Assembly: GCA_965206955.1 (NCBI GenBank)
Contig: OZ242252.1
Span: 2,179,771-2,243,770 of the forward strand
Length of the DNA stretch: 64,000 nucleotides
Source: Candidatus Foliamicus sp.
GTDB lineage: Bacteria > Pseudomonadota > Gammaproteobacteria > Steroidobacterales > Foliamicaceae
Direction: 5' to 3'
In this document: piece by piece, positions 17,289 to 26,758 of the stretch
Numbering within the stretch: position 1 is the first letter of the stretch
How the letters are laid out: the number at the start of each line of letters is the position of its first letter
Translations under genes and position numbers: made by a program
The notes under the pieces: generated by a model
The model's database searches: none
What the model was told of the DNA's origin: nothing
The model's input: the letters and a program-made list of their open reading frames with translations, nothing else

Positions 17289-20262
17289 CTAGCCCGAGCC
17301 GCCAAGCTCCCAGTGGACCTCCAGGAAAAGAATCTGGCCGCGCCCATTCCAGCGAGTGGGGTCATATGGCAACAGGTGACTACTGGAAACCGTCGCCGGT
17401 GGATCGGCATCCAGGATATTTCGCCCGCCTGCCCGCAACCTGATGCGCTCGATTTCGCCCGCCTGCCCGCAACCTGATGCCGTTTTCAAACACGTAGGTG
17501 GCGGTAACATCCACAGTGGTGCTCGAACCCACATCAATCGCAACGGTGTCACCAAAGTTCTGGCAACGGCCAATTCCAATCAGATCGCCGTAACAAGTAA
17601 CCGCATCCTCGTTGACATAACTGGGCTTGTAATAGACAAACATGTCCAGGCCAAATCGTCCTCGCTGCCAGGTCAAGGAACCTGTAATCCTGTATTCGTC
17701 GCTTCCCTTTTGGGTTCCTACACGATCCACGGGTTCCGTCTCTGGCGTGATGCGGAAGAATTCGTCGAGCACACGGTAGTAATTGATCCGAGGAGTGAAA
17801 TGGCCCCAGGAAGTATCGAAGGAGTACTCCAGGTGAACATCCACGGATTCACTGATCTTCTCCGCGATATTGATGCTCGTGTTGTAGATGGTTACAGCTC
17901 TGCCGGTTGCGTCGCGCTCCACCAACTGCGGGAGCCTGAATGCGATATCGGCGTAGTTGTACAAGAGCGTGCTCCCGTACTCGATCTTGTCCTTGAAATC
18001 GGTGCGTTTCCAGTCAACAATCCAACGCAGACCGGGAATGGAAGTAGAGGACCAATCAAAACCAAGCGACCACTTGTCGCCGTGCTCCGCATTGATATCC
18101 AGATTATTGGACTGGAATTGTGTCGGGATAGGCCCGAAACTCGGGCCGCCGGGCGCGTAGGGGTCCGTGTAATAGGAATTGAACTCGCGGGAATTGCGGG
18201 TATTGAAGGTGTCGCTGAAAACGGGCGCCTTGAATGATCGTGACCAGGCGGCGCGAACAAGCACACTCCGCGTGGGCCGGTAAGCTATGCCAAAGCGTGG
18301 ACTGGTCCGGCTCTGTTTAGTCTTGACAATATTTGGCATGCCGACCTGGCTGGACACAAAACCTGGAACGCTTATCCAGCCTTCGCTCGGTACGAATTGA
18401 CGCCGCGTTCCAAATCCGCCAACAAAGTCAATGCCCCCGTCCGCACCCTCTGCTTCATAGCTGTCGTAGCGCGCCTGTGCCGTTAGCGTCAGCAGGTTGA
18501 TTCCGGGTCTTGCGTTTTGTTCACCCACGATGGGAAATGCGAATTCGGCAAAATAAGCACGTAATTCCTGTGTGGGTTCCGATACTCCAATAAACTCCTC
18601 TTCGCCCTCTTCCTCGATGCCGCCTTCTGCGTACCTTTGATACTTGTCGTATATAACAGTCTCGCGATACTCTGCGCCTACCGCATACTTGATCGCTCCG
18701 CCCCAAATCTCAAAGAGTTCGCCGCGCAGCAGTGGGTCAACCGTAGTCTTCTCGGTAAACCCGAGAGATGGCCCCAGCGCGTTGGTAAAGAGTTCGGCAA
18801 ATCCCTGTGATTGCGCAGTTCCATTTCCGAAGACGTTCAACGCAACATTGGGATCCGGGCTTGCAATGGCCGCATAGAAGGTGTCCTGTGTCGGGTCCCA
18901 TTCACTGCGCCGGTAATCAGGCCTGACCTGGTACGCAATGCTCTCGGAATCCGAAAGGGTTACGTTCAATTGAAATTGATGCACGTCTGCGAATTCCCAA
19001 AGAAAACCCACATTGTGATTCCGCTGTTTCTTTTCCGACTCAGTGTATGACCGCGGAATCAGGCCGGACTCAACCTCGGCGTTCGGCCAATAACCCACAA
19101 CCATGGTCCTGCCGAACGGGTTGAAGGCGTTACTGGCGGGGACCAGGTAGCCCGTCATGCTGGTCTGGAATTGCTGATAGGAATCAAGGTCGGAATACAG
19201 CAGATCGACATAGACGCGAAAATCGTCTGTGAGGTACTGCTCGAATATTACGTTGAGAGCATTTCTGCTCCAATCCGATCCGTTTTGCGGAGGCACGTAG
19301 TCAACAGGCACGACTTGATTGACCAGGAAGTCATCTACCGTAGCGCCGACTCCGCTGTGATCGGCAGGCAGCTGGTAGATGGTGGGATTAAAGAAAGAGC
19401 AACCGGGGAACAGATACGATCCATTGAACTCGCACACAAGCCCGGGTTGGCCATAAAAAGTTCGCCGCAAGTCAAACTCGGGCCCGAAACGGTCACGGTA
19501 GTCGCTTGACGTCCAACCTGCCTTACGAACATCGATCGGCTCACTCCCGGAGTGCGAAATGGAACCCGAAATGCTTCCGCTGGCCCAGGTGTAGCCGGCC
19601 TGCACGCTGCCCTTTTGACGATCCGCGTCTGTAGAACTCCATTCGTTGCGAATCGTTGCGCCGATGCCCGAGTAATTCTTCTTGACAATAAAATTGACGA
19701 CCCCCCCGATGGCGTCTGCTCCATACACGGCCGAAGCGCCGTCCAATTGAATATCCACTCGCTCAATTGCTTCCAAGGGCACCGTCAGGATATTGGCAAA
19801 ATCATCCTGATCACCCGGGTTGCCTGCGACGCGGCGTCCATTGATCAGCACCAGTGTGTTGGCTGAACCGAGTGCTTGCAGGTTGACGGTTGATGTTCCC
19901 AGGCCCAGTGCACCGAGGTTCTTGTCCGTATCTGATGCGCCGCCCCCGAAAAGCATGTCGGTTTGGGTAGTAATGGAGGAAAATGCGAAGGGCAAAGTTC
20001 GGAACAAGTCCTCCAGGCTGGACAAGCCTCGAACGGCAATGTCCTCGGCGGAGAAACTGTAGACTCGCGCCGAAGGATCGCCACCAACCATCCGTGAACC
20101 GGTGACGGTCTGGGTGGCCAGCTCAATCGGCTCTTCCTCGGTGACGGCGGTTGCGTCGTCCGCTTCCACCTCGTCTTGCACATCCTGGGTCAGGCCCAGG
20201 ACCGGTGTGACAAGCGCCGCTGCGAAAACCGCAAACCAGCGACTGCATGATGAATTACGCAT
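17289..20262 (-). pseudogene. TonB-dependent receptor, C-terminus frameshifted by a 34-bp tandem duplication
   Basis: Plug and barrel motifs are present (QTVTGSR, LEAIERVDIQLDGASAVYGADAIGGVVNFI). ORF 17380-20262 ends in the aberrant RAHQVAGRRAKYPGCRSTGDGFQ. The expected barrel end GGRNILDADPP...GRGQILFLEVHWEL continues in another frame to 17289. Confidence 0.75.
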
Positions 20263-20395
20263 TAGGTGTCCCCTCCCAATTGTCTGAATGTGAAGGGCAC
20301 CCTAATAGGCTGCATTCAATTGCGCAGCGTCATGTCACCCTTCAATAAGGGAAAGAACTTACCATATCAAACTTGAGAAAACCTTACGGATTCGA

Positions 20396-21889
20396 TCAGG
20401 CGCGAAGGAGAATTTTGTGATCCAGGCCGAGGCTGCGTGCCAGGGTTCTTAGTCGGCGTTGTACCGTGTCGCCCACCAGGATATGGGCGCCTTCCGAGCC
20501 CCTGAGGGTTAGCTGTTCTTGGTTCCGCGTCAGCCGAAATTGCTCAAGCACGCTCACGGCTCCGCCTGAAATGGTATAGGCCAACCGCATCGCCAGCCCG
20601 ACACTTGAAGCCTGACGTTTCTCTTCCTTGCCAAGGAGTTTGTCGAGTCCAAGCCGTTTCAGTGTTGATTGCAACGCGCTGTGGCGGGAGGCGACCGCAA
20701 GGCCCAGCATGACCCGCTCTCGATGATCCGCTCCGGTCAGCGGCATACGCATGATGCGCAGGAAGACCTGTTCGGCCCTGTAATCGGGGTGTTCGGACCA
20801 GCCGATGTCGGAAAGGTGGCAGGCGGCCAGGCGTAGCTTGTCCGGCACGGTGCCTTTGAGCGCCGGCGCGATCCAGTCGGCCAGATACTCGCCACTGGAA
20901 CCCCCACGACCCATGCGCCGGGCGGCGGATTCGCAAAGCCACAGAAGAGGGTCAATTTGCCGTTCCAGGGGAGTCAGGGCTTCATAAAGGCAGCCTTCAC
21001 GCAAACCGCTGGCGGAAAACACCACTTGTTCGGCGCCGGTGCGCTGCAACAGGCATTCCAGCGCCACCGCTGCAAAGGGAAGGGATTCCAGCCGGTCCGG
21101 GCGCAAGCCCTTGGCGGACTCCAGGCGCTCACGAGGCCAAGCAGCCAGCGTTGTGCAGAATTCTGATGCGCTGGCCGCGTCCAACACGTAGTTGTGAATC
21201 ACATGCAGCGGGTAGCCGGTTTCGTCCATGTGAATGCGCGCCAGCGCTCGCCAGGAACCTCCCACAAGGTAAAGAGAATGGCCCCCCGCCTGCTGCAACC
21301 AGCCCAGGTTTCCAAGGTGGTCCCGGACAGCTCTCTTGCTTTCCCGGATTGACTCATCGCCGTTTCTTCGCACCGTTCCGAGCGGCAGAGAAATTCGTTC
21401 AGTTACCCGGCCTGTGTCGAGAAGCGTTAGTTCCAGACTGGCCCCCCCGAGGTCGGCGGCGATACCGTTGGCATGCGGTATTGCACTGACGACACCGCCG
21501 GCGGAGATTTCAGCTTCGCGGTCTCCTGATAGCAAGCGGACTTCGAGGCCACATTCACTGCGCACCGTTTCGAGGAACTCGGTCCCGTTGCTGGCCTCGC
21601 GCACCGCAGCGGTGGCTACGGCTTGTATTTCCCGCACACCCATTTGCGGACACAGCTGCGCGAACCGGTGCAGGCTCGCCAGTGTCAGCCGCATGGCTTT
21701 GCCCGGCATCCTGCCGGTACGGTCGAGTCCGCGCCCCAGGCCGCACAACACTTTCTCGTTGAAGATCGGCAGCGGCGCCCGGCCGCCGTTCTCGTACACC
21801 ACCAGGCGGACGGAGTTCGAGCCCACGTCAATTACCGCCACCGGCGCCTCGCTTGGGGTGGCGGGGCTGGTTCGGAGTACGCCCGGCAC
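20396..21889 (-). CDS. ppx: exopolyphosphatase (Ppx/GppA family)
   Basis: VAVIDVGSNSVRLVVYE... with the Ppx/GppA actin-like fold. 497 aa, 7 nt downstream of ppk. Confidence 0.9.
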   Translation of the reverse strand: MPGVLRTSPATPSEAPVAVIDVGSNSVRLVVYENGGRAPLPIFNEKVLCGLGRGLDRTGRMPGKAMRLTLASLHRFAQLCPQMGVREIQAVATAAVREASNGTEFLETVRSECGLEVRLLSGDREAEISAGGVVSAIPHANGIAADLGGASLELTLLDTGRVTERISLPLGTVRRNGDESIRESKRAVRDHLGNLGWLQQAGGHSLYLVGGSWRALARIHMDETGYPLHVIHNYVLDAASASEFCTTLAAWPRERLESAKGLRPDRLESLPFAAVALECLLQRTGAEQVVFSASGLREGCLYEALTPLERQIDPLLWLCESAARRMGRGGSSGEYLADWIAPALKGTVPDKLRLAACHLSDIGWSEHPDYRAEQVFLRIMRMPLTGADHRERVMLGLAVASRHSALQSTLKRLGLDKLLGKEEKRQASSVGLAMRLAYTISGGAVSVLEQFRLTRNQEQLTLRGSEGAHILVGDTVQRRLRTLARSLGLDHKILLRA

Positions 21890-21895
21890 GAGCGG

Positions 21896-24172
21896 CTAGA
21901 CGGCGGCTTTGATCAAAGTGGGTCGGGGTGTCTCTTCCGCCGATGCGGACACTCGGGGTTCGGGAGCAGCTTCGCCAAGCATGGGTTGAGGGCAAGATGC
22001 CCTCTCTCCCAGGGGCGTTTCGGCTTCGGGTTCGGGAAAGAGTTCGCCAGGCATGGCGGGCCGCGAGTCGCGCAGCGCGCTGCCTCGGCCCGACAGACTG
22101 GGGTTGGTCATGAACCATGTGTGAGCACTGAAACTTTCGGGAGTGCGGGGAAGGCGGAGATACTCGCCGTCGGGACCGAGCTGCCAGCTTTGCATTTCGT
22201 CGATGCGATTGGCCATCATCACCTGTTCCAGGAGCTGCCGCTTCACCGTTTCGTTCTCGATCGGCACCAGCGACTCAACCCGGTGGTGCAGGTTGCGGGG
22301 CATCCAGTCCGCGGACGAGAGATAAACCTTGCTCTCGGTGGAAGGCAATGCGTGTCCGGCCCCGAAGCAAAGAATTCTGGAATGCTCGAGGAATCTGCCG
22401 ATCATGCTGCGGACCAGGATATTCTCCGACATGCCGGGCACGCCGGGCCGGAGGCAGCAGATGCCACGCACATACAGTTCGATCTTCACGCCCGCCTGGC
22501 TTGCACGGTAGAGACAATCGATGATTTCAGGGTCCACCAGCGAGTTGAGCTTGGCCCAGATTTCCGCCGGCCGGCCTGCGCGGGCGTGGGCTATTTCGTC
22601 TTCGATCAGCTCCACCAGAACGTTCTTCAACTGCGCGGGAGCGTAGACCAGCTTTTCCATTCCCTCCGGCGTGGCATAGCCGGTCATGTAGTTAAACAGC
22701 TTGGCCGTGTCCCGCCCGAGCGCGGCATCGCAGGTGAAAAAACTGAGATCCACATACACCCGCGCGTTGACGGGGTGGTAATTGCCGGTGCCGAAGTGGG
22801 TATAGGTGCGCAGTTCGCCGGCTTCGCGCCTGACCACCAGCGACACCTTGGCATGGGTCTTCAGTTCGACGAAACCGTATACCACCTGAACGCCGGCCCG
22901 CTCCATCTCGCGCGCCCAGCGAATATTGGCTGCTTCGTCGAAACGCGCCCTGAGCTCCACCATCGCGGTGACCAGCTTCCCGGCTTCGGCGGCGGCGATC
23001 AGCGCTTCCACAATCGGCGAGTCTTCCGATGTGCGGTACAGAGTCTGCTTTATCGCCACGACCGCGGGATCGGCCGTTGCGCGGCGCAGGAATTGCACCA
23101 CCACGTCAAAGCTCTCGTATGGGTGCTGAACCACGAAGTCCTTGGCTCGGATAGCGGTAAGTATGTCGCCGCCGTATTCCCGCACCCGCTCGGGGTAGCG
23201 CACGTTCAGGGGTTCGTGCTGCAGGTCGCGACGCTGGTCGGTAATGATCTGCTTGATGTCCGCCAAGCCCAGCATACCGTCGATATTGAAGACGTGGGCA
23301 TGCGAGGCATTGAACGCCTTGAGAACAAACCTGCGGAAGTTCTTGGGCATTCCGGCGGCCACCTCCACCCGGATGACGTTGCCCCGCCTGCGGCGCAGCA
23401 ATGCGGTCTCAAAGGTCCGAACCAGGTCCTCAGCTTCATCGTCGATCTCCAGATCGCTGTCGCGGCTGATTCGGAATATCCCGTGGCCAAGAATCTCCAT
23501 GCCCGGGAACAGCCGCTTGAAATTTTGCGCGATGATCTCCTCAACCACGACAAACCGCAAAGGCTTGCCCGGCACTCGAACGAAGCGTTCAACCTGCTGC
23601 GGAACCAGCACCAGGCCGTTGAATTCCCGCTTGTCCTGTGGCCGCTTGAGCCGCAGAACGTAAACAAGAAAGCCGGTCTGAATGAAGGGGAAGGGATGCG
23701 CGGGATCCACAGCTTGCGGGGTCAGAACCGGAAACAGCTGGTTCTCAAACCATCGCGAAAGCCACTCCTGGCCACGATTGCCGAGATCTTCGGGCTTTAC
23801 GACCGCCACACCGGCCTCTCGGCATTCGTCGAGCAATTCGGCGCTCAGTTGTGATTGGGCGCTCAGCAGTTTCTTTACCTGCTCGCGGATGGCCTGAAGT
23901 TGCTCGCTGGGTTGCAGGCCATCGTCACTGAGCTTGGTAACGCCTGCCGCCACCTGAGCCATCAGGCCCGCGGCCCGCACCATGTAGAACTCGTCTAAGT
24001 TACTGGCCGATATGGACAGAAAGCGTACACGTTCCAGCACCGGGTGGCTGTCGTTGGCCGCCTCCTCCAAGACACGGGTGTTGAATTGCAGCCAGGACAA
24101 CTCCCGGTTGATCAGCCGGGCGCCGGCGCGCTCCACCTCGCTCAGCGCCCTGGGTTTAGTGCGGGACGTCAT
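21896..24172 (-). CDS. ppk: polyphosphate kinase 1
   Basis: INRELSWLQFNTRVLEEA...RFLSISASNLDEFYMVR. Start taken at MTSRTKP (ATG 24172). The ORF-track N-terminal 116 aa run through REP repeats. Confidence 0.9.
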   Translation of the reverse strand: MTSRTKPRALSEVERAGARLINRELSWLQFNTRVLEEAANDSHPVLERVRFLSISASNLDEFYMVRAAGLMAQVAAGVTKLSDDGLQPSEQLQAIREQVKKLLSAQSQLSAELLDECREAGVAVVKPEDLGNRGQEWLSRWFENQLFPVLTPQAVDPAHPFPFIQTGFLVYVLRLKRPQDKREFNGLVLVPQQVERFVRVPGKPLRFVVVEEIIAQNFKRLFPGMEILGHGIFRISRDSDLEIDDEAEDLVRTFETALLRRRRGNVIRVEVAAGMPKNFRRFVLKAFNASHAHVFNIDGMLGLADIKQIITDQRRDLQHEPLNVRYPERVREYGGDILTAIRAKDFVVQHPYESFDVVVQFLRRATADPAVVAIKQTLYRTSEDSPIVEALIAAAEAGKLVTAMVELRARFDEAANIRWAREMERAGVQVVYGFVELKTHAKVSLVVRREAGELRTYTHFGTGNYHPVNARVYVDLSFFTCDAALGRDTAKLFNYMTGYATPEGMEKLVYAPAQLKNVLVELIEDEIAHARAGRPAEIWAKLNSLVDPEIIDCLYRASQAGVKIELYVRGICCLRPGVPGMSENILVRSMIGRFLEHSRILCFGAGHALPSTESKVYLSSADWMPRNLHHRVESLVPIENETVKRQLLEQVMMANRIDEMQSWQLGPDGEYLRLPRTPESFSAHTWFMTNPSLSGRGSALRDSRPAMPGELFPEPEAETPLGERASCPQPMLGEAAPEPRVSASAEETPRPTLIKAAV

Positions 24173-24245
24173 GGCCGGCTTGCTCCTGGGATAGAGAGCG
24201 TGCCTGGCCTTGGTGGGCAGGATGCGAACGCTCCCATGGCACAAC

Positions 24246-24417
24246 CCTGGGAACGAGGGCTTCCAGCCCTCGACGAGGGCAAGATGCCCTCGCTCCCAAA
24301 GTGTTCCCTGCGCGTCAGCGCAGCGGGGGCCGCTGCGAGAACTCCCAGGAAGGGCTTGCTCGGCGGTGGAGGGCAGGATGCCCTCTTTCCCAGCGAGGGC
24401 GTACTCCTCCTTCCCAG
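24246..24417. repeat. REP composite (MITE-like, ~170 bp) in the ppk/sixA divergent intergenic region
   Basis: CTGGGAACGAGGGCTTCCAGCCCTCGACGAGGGCAAGATGCCCTCGCTCCCA, then GTTCCCTGCGCGTCAGCGC...CTCCCAGG, then GAGGGCAGGATGCCCTC. Confidence 0.85.
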
Positions 24418-24523
24418 CGTGGGGCTGCCGCGTGGAATGGAATCCATGATCGGAGTAGCATACAGGACTGATGAGGTTTTTGACTCCATTCAAGAGTGAC
24501 TCCAGGCCGCCGCGAGCCAAGGC

Positions 24524-25057
24524 ATGACGCGCTTATGGTTGCTGCGACACGCCAAGGCCGGGCCGTATTCCGCGGACGACTTCGGAAGGGCTCTGGCGCC
24601 GAGGGGGCGCCGCAACGCGCCGGCGATGGGCGAGAAGCTGGCGGCTGTGGGATGCGCACCGGAACGCGTGCTTTGTTCGGCTGGCCGGCGAGCGGTGGAG
24701 ACAATGCGCGGGGTGCTGCCCTGGTTGCCGGCCGACCTCAGCGTGGAGATCATGCACCGGCTGTACACCTTCAGTCCGGGCACGGTCTTGCATTGCTTGC
24801 GCGAGTTACCGGAGAACGCCGGCGACATCATGGTTGTAGGGCACAACCCGGCGCTGCAGGAGTTGGCCCTGTACCTGGCCGGAGCGGGCGAAGAGGATGC
24901 CTTTGCGATGCTGCACGGCAAGTTTCCTACCTGCGCGGTGGCCGAACTCGAATTTCCCGAGTCGCCTCATCCAACCGATTGGGCCGAGAGCAGCGCATAC
25001 CTGCGCCGCGTTCTCACGCCAAGGCCACCTGGATGGAAGAGGCGAACCTATCCTTGA
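24524..25057 (+). CDS. sixA: SixA-type phosphohistidine phosphatase
   Basis: MTRLWLLRHAKA... RH catalytic motif and VVGHNPAL. 177 aa. Confidence 0.8.
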   Translation: MTRLWLLRHAKAGPYSADDFGRALAPRGRRNAPAMGEKLAAVGCAPERVLCSAGRRAVETMRGVLPWLPADLSVEIMHRLYTFSPGTVLHCLRELPENAGDIMVVGHNPALQELALYLAGAGEEDAFAMLHGKFPTCAVAELEFPESPHPTDWAESSAYLRRVLTPRPPGWKRRTYP

Positions 25058-25090
25058 TTATTCGTACCTTAAGGTGCGACAATCTCGCAT

Positions 25091-25297
25091 ATGGACGGAA
25101 CGGAATTCGTCAGGCGCGCCAGGAGATACGCCAAGAGTGTTGACACGTTTTTTCTCTTTGATCCTCGGCGAGGTAAGGGTAGTCATGGGATTCTGTATCT
25201 CGGTGAGCGGCGCACAGTGGTCAAACGTGGAGAGATTAAACCGGGAGCATTTCGTAGCATGCTTAAGCAGTTGGGCATTCCAAAGGAGAAGTTCTGA
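25091..25297 (+). CDS. hicA: HicA-family toxin
   Basis: 68 aa with RRGKGSHGILY and a C-terminal LKQLGI. Stop and start overlap with the downstream antitoxin. Confidence 0.8.
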   Translation: MDGTEFVRRARRYAKSVDTFFLFDPRRGKGSHGILYLGERRTVVKRGEIKPGAFRSMLKQLGIPKEKF

Positions 25298-25725
25298 TGC
25301 AATACGCCTATCCTTGCGTATTGACCCGTGAAGCCGCCGGCGGATACTCCGTCAGCTTTCCGGATGTTCCGGAAGCCATAACATGCGGCGAAAACCATGT
25401 CGATGCCCTTTCGATGGCCGAGGATGCGCTTGTGGCTGCTCTGGGCGCATACATAAGCTGCAAAGAGGACATTCCGCTTCCGAGTCCCGCAACTGACGGA
25501 CAATCGCTCGTTGCCGTCCCGCCGATAATTGCAGCCAAGACGGCGCTTTACATTGCGATGCGCCGAAAAGGACTGACCCAGGTCGCGCTTGCGCGCCGTC
25601 TTGGGCTTAGCGAGAGCGCCGTGCGTAAACTGTTGAATCCCGGCCATCGTTCCCATATCGGCCAGATCGAGAAAGCACTTCGCGCCGTAGGCCGTGGCCT
25701 GGTGGTTCGCGACCGGGCTGCCTGA
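25297..25725 (+). CDS. hicB: HicB-family antitoxin with C-terminal HTH
   Basis: MQYAYPCVLTREAAGGYSVSFPDVPEAITCGEN (HicB fold) plus GLTQVALARRLGLSESAVRKL. Confidence 0.85.
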   Translation: MQYAYPCVLTREAAGGYSVSFPDVPEAITCGENHVDALSMAEDALVAALGAYISCKEDIPLPSPATDGQSLVAVPPIIAAKTALYIAMRRKGLTQVALARRLGLSESAVRKLLNPGHRSHIGQIEKALRAVGRGLVVRDRAA

Positions 25726-25823
25726 CCCAATCGTTACGAGCATGTTCAGGATACTTTTTCCCCGGAGATCTTTCTCGCGCGGCTGTTTCTTCCCGTGCAC
25801 GCTTGGCTTTGTTGAAACAGCCT

Positions 25824-25875
25824 GCGAACGAGGGCATCTTGCCCTCGTGGAGGGCTGGAAGCCCTCGTTCCCAGC
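25824..25875. repeat. REP pair
   Basis: GAACGAGGGCATCTTGCCCTCGTGGAGGGCTGGAAGCCCTCGTTCCCAG. Confidence 0.9.
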
Positions 25876-25944
25876 GCCGAGGATGTTCGCTGAGGAGTTG
25901 CGGGACCATACTCCTTACTTCGGCTCAAAATTAGGCGGCAAGCC

Positions 25945-26742
25945 ATGAGAAGACAGTTACCGGTAGAGTTTGTTTTCCAGCTGTTCTCGCTGTTTCTGTC
26001 GGTGATCCTTGTGCACGCCATGTACGTGGCGTGGATTCGCCCGCAGGCCAACGCGGTCCTCGAAGAGCAGCGAATGCTCCTGGAGCAGGATGGGGAATAC
26101 GTTCCTGAACGGTCTTTGTATGTGATCGTGCGCGATTTTGAGCAGGAGGCCTGCCTGATTCTGGCGCTTTGGGCCCTGGCGATCATGGGATACAAGGCGC
26201 GGGTAGCGCTGCGCGAGCGCTCTCTGTTGCAGCGTGACCTGCTGCCGCTGGCGGAAGGGGTGCGTATCCTTCCGGAAGACACGCGCGAGCACGCGCGGCA
26301 GTTGCGGGCAATGCCGGCTACCCAGCAGCGATTGCTCTTGCCGCGTGTATTGCTGAGCGCACTGCAGCGGTTCGGCGCCACGGGCAGTGTGCAGGATGTG
26401 TCGTCGGCCACCCAAACGCTGGTGAACTCCGAGGCCGAGCGCCTGGAGTCCGAGTTGTCGATGATTCGGTATATCGCATGGGCGATACCCTCGATTGGTT
26501 TTATCGGAACCGTTCGCGGAATCGGTGAGGCGCTGGCGCTTGCCTATCGGGCCGTGGAGGGCGACATCAGCGGGGTAACCGAGAGCCTGGGCGTGGCGTT
26601 CAATTCCACGTTCTTTGCGTTGCTGGTCAGCATATTCATCATGTTCCTTGTCCATCAACTTCAATTGCTGCAGGAGCGCCTGGTATTCGAAACGGCCGAC
26701 TACTGCGACGAACGGCTGATCCGGCGCCTGCAGGGTGATTGA
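25945..26742 (+). CDS. MotA/TolQ/ExbB-family proton-channel protein (divergent)
   Basis: Four hydrophobic helices. C-terminal signature IAWAIPSIGFIGTVRGIGEAL...LGVAFNSTFFALLVSIFIMFLV resembles the AP.LGLLGTV.G motif of ExbB/MotA. Confidence 0.8.
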   Translation: MRRQLPVEFVFQLFSLFLSVILVHAMYVAWIRPQANAVLEEQRMLLEQDGEYVPERSLYVIVRDFEQEACLILALWALAIMGYKARVALRERSLLQRDLLPLAEGVRILPEDTREHARQLRAMPATQQRLLLPRVLLSALQRFGATGSVQDVSSATQTLVNSEAERLESELSMIRYIAWAIPSIGFIGTVRGIGEALALAYRAVEGDISGVTESLGVAFNSTFFALLVSIFIMFLVHQLQLLQERLVFETADYCDERLIRRLQGD

Positions 26743-26758
26743 GCCGCAGGCAACTCGC

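Noticed and set aside
20263-20395. Possible Fur box or riboswitch upstream of the first TonB-dependent receptor
   Set aside because: No GATAATGATAATCATTATC-like sequence or conserved riboswitch core could be recognised by eye.
21623-23854. 743-aa plus-strand ORF
   Set aside because: It is antisense to ppk, whose translation is unmistakably PPK1. This is the typical GC-rich shadow ORF.
24173-24520. N-terminal extensions of ORF-track calls for ppk (to 24520), acyl-CoA dehydrogenase (from 30648), cmk (from 52570), ihfB (from 55208) and uvrB (from 59888)
   Set aside because: The extensions translate REP hairpins (WERGLPAL, EGILPS-type peptides) or overlap neighbouring genes. Conserved N-termini begin at the internal starts given in the feature list.
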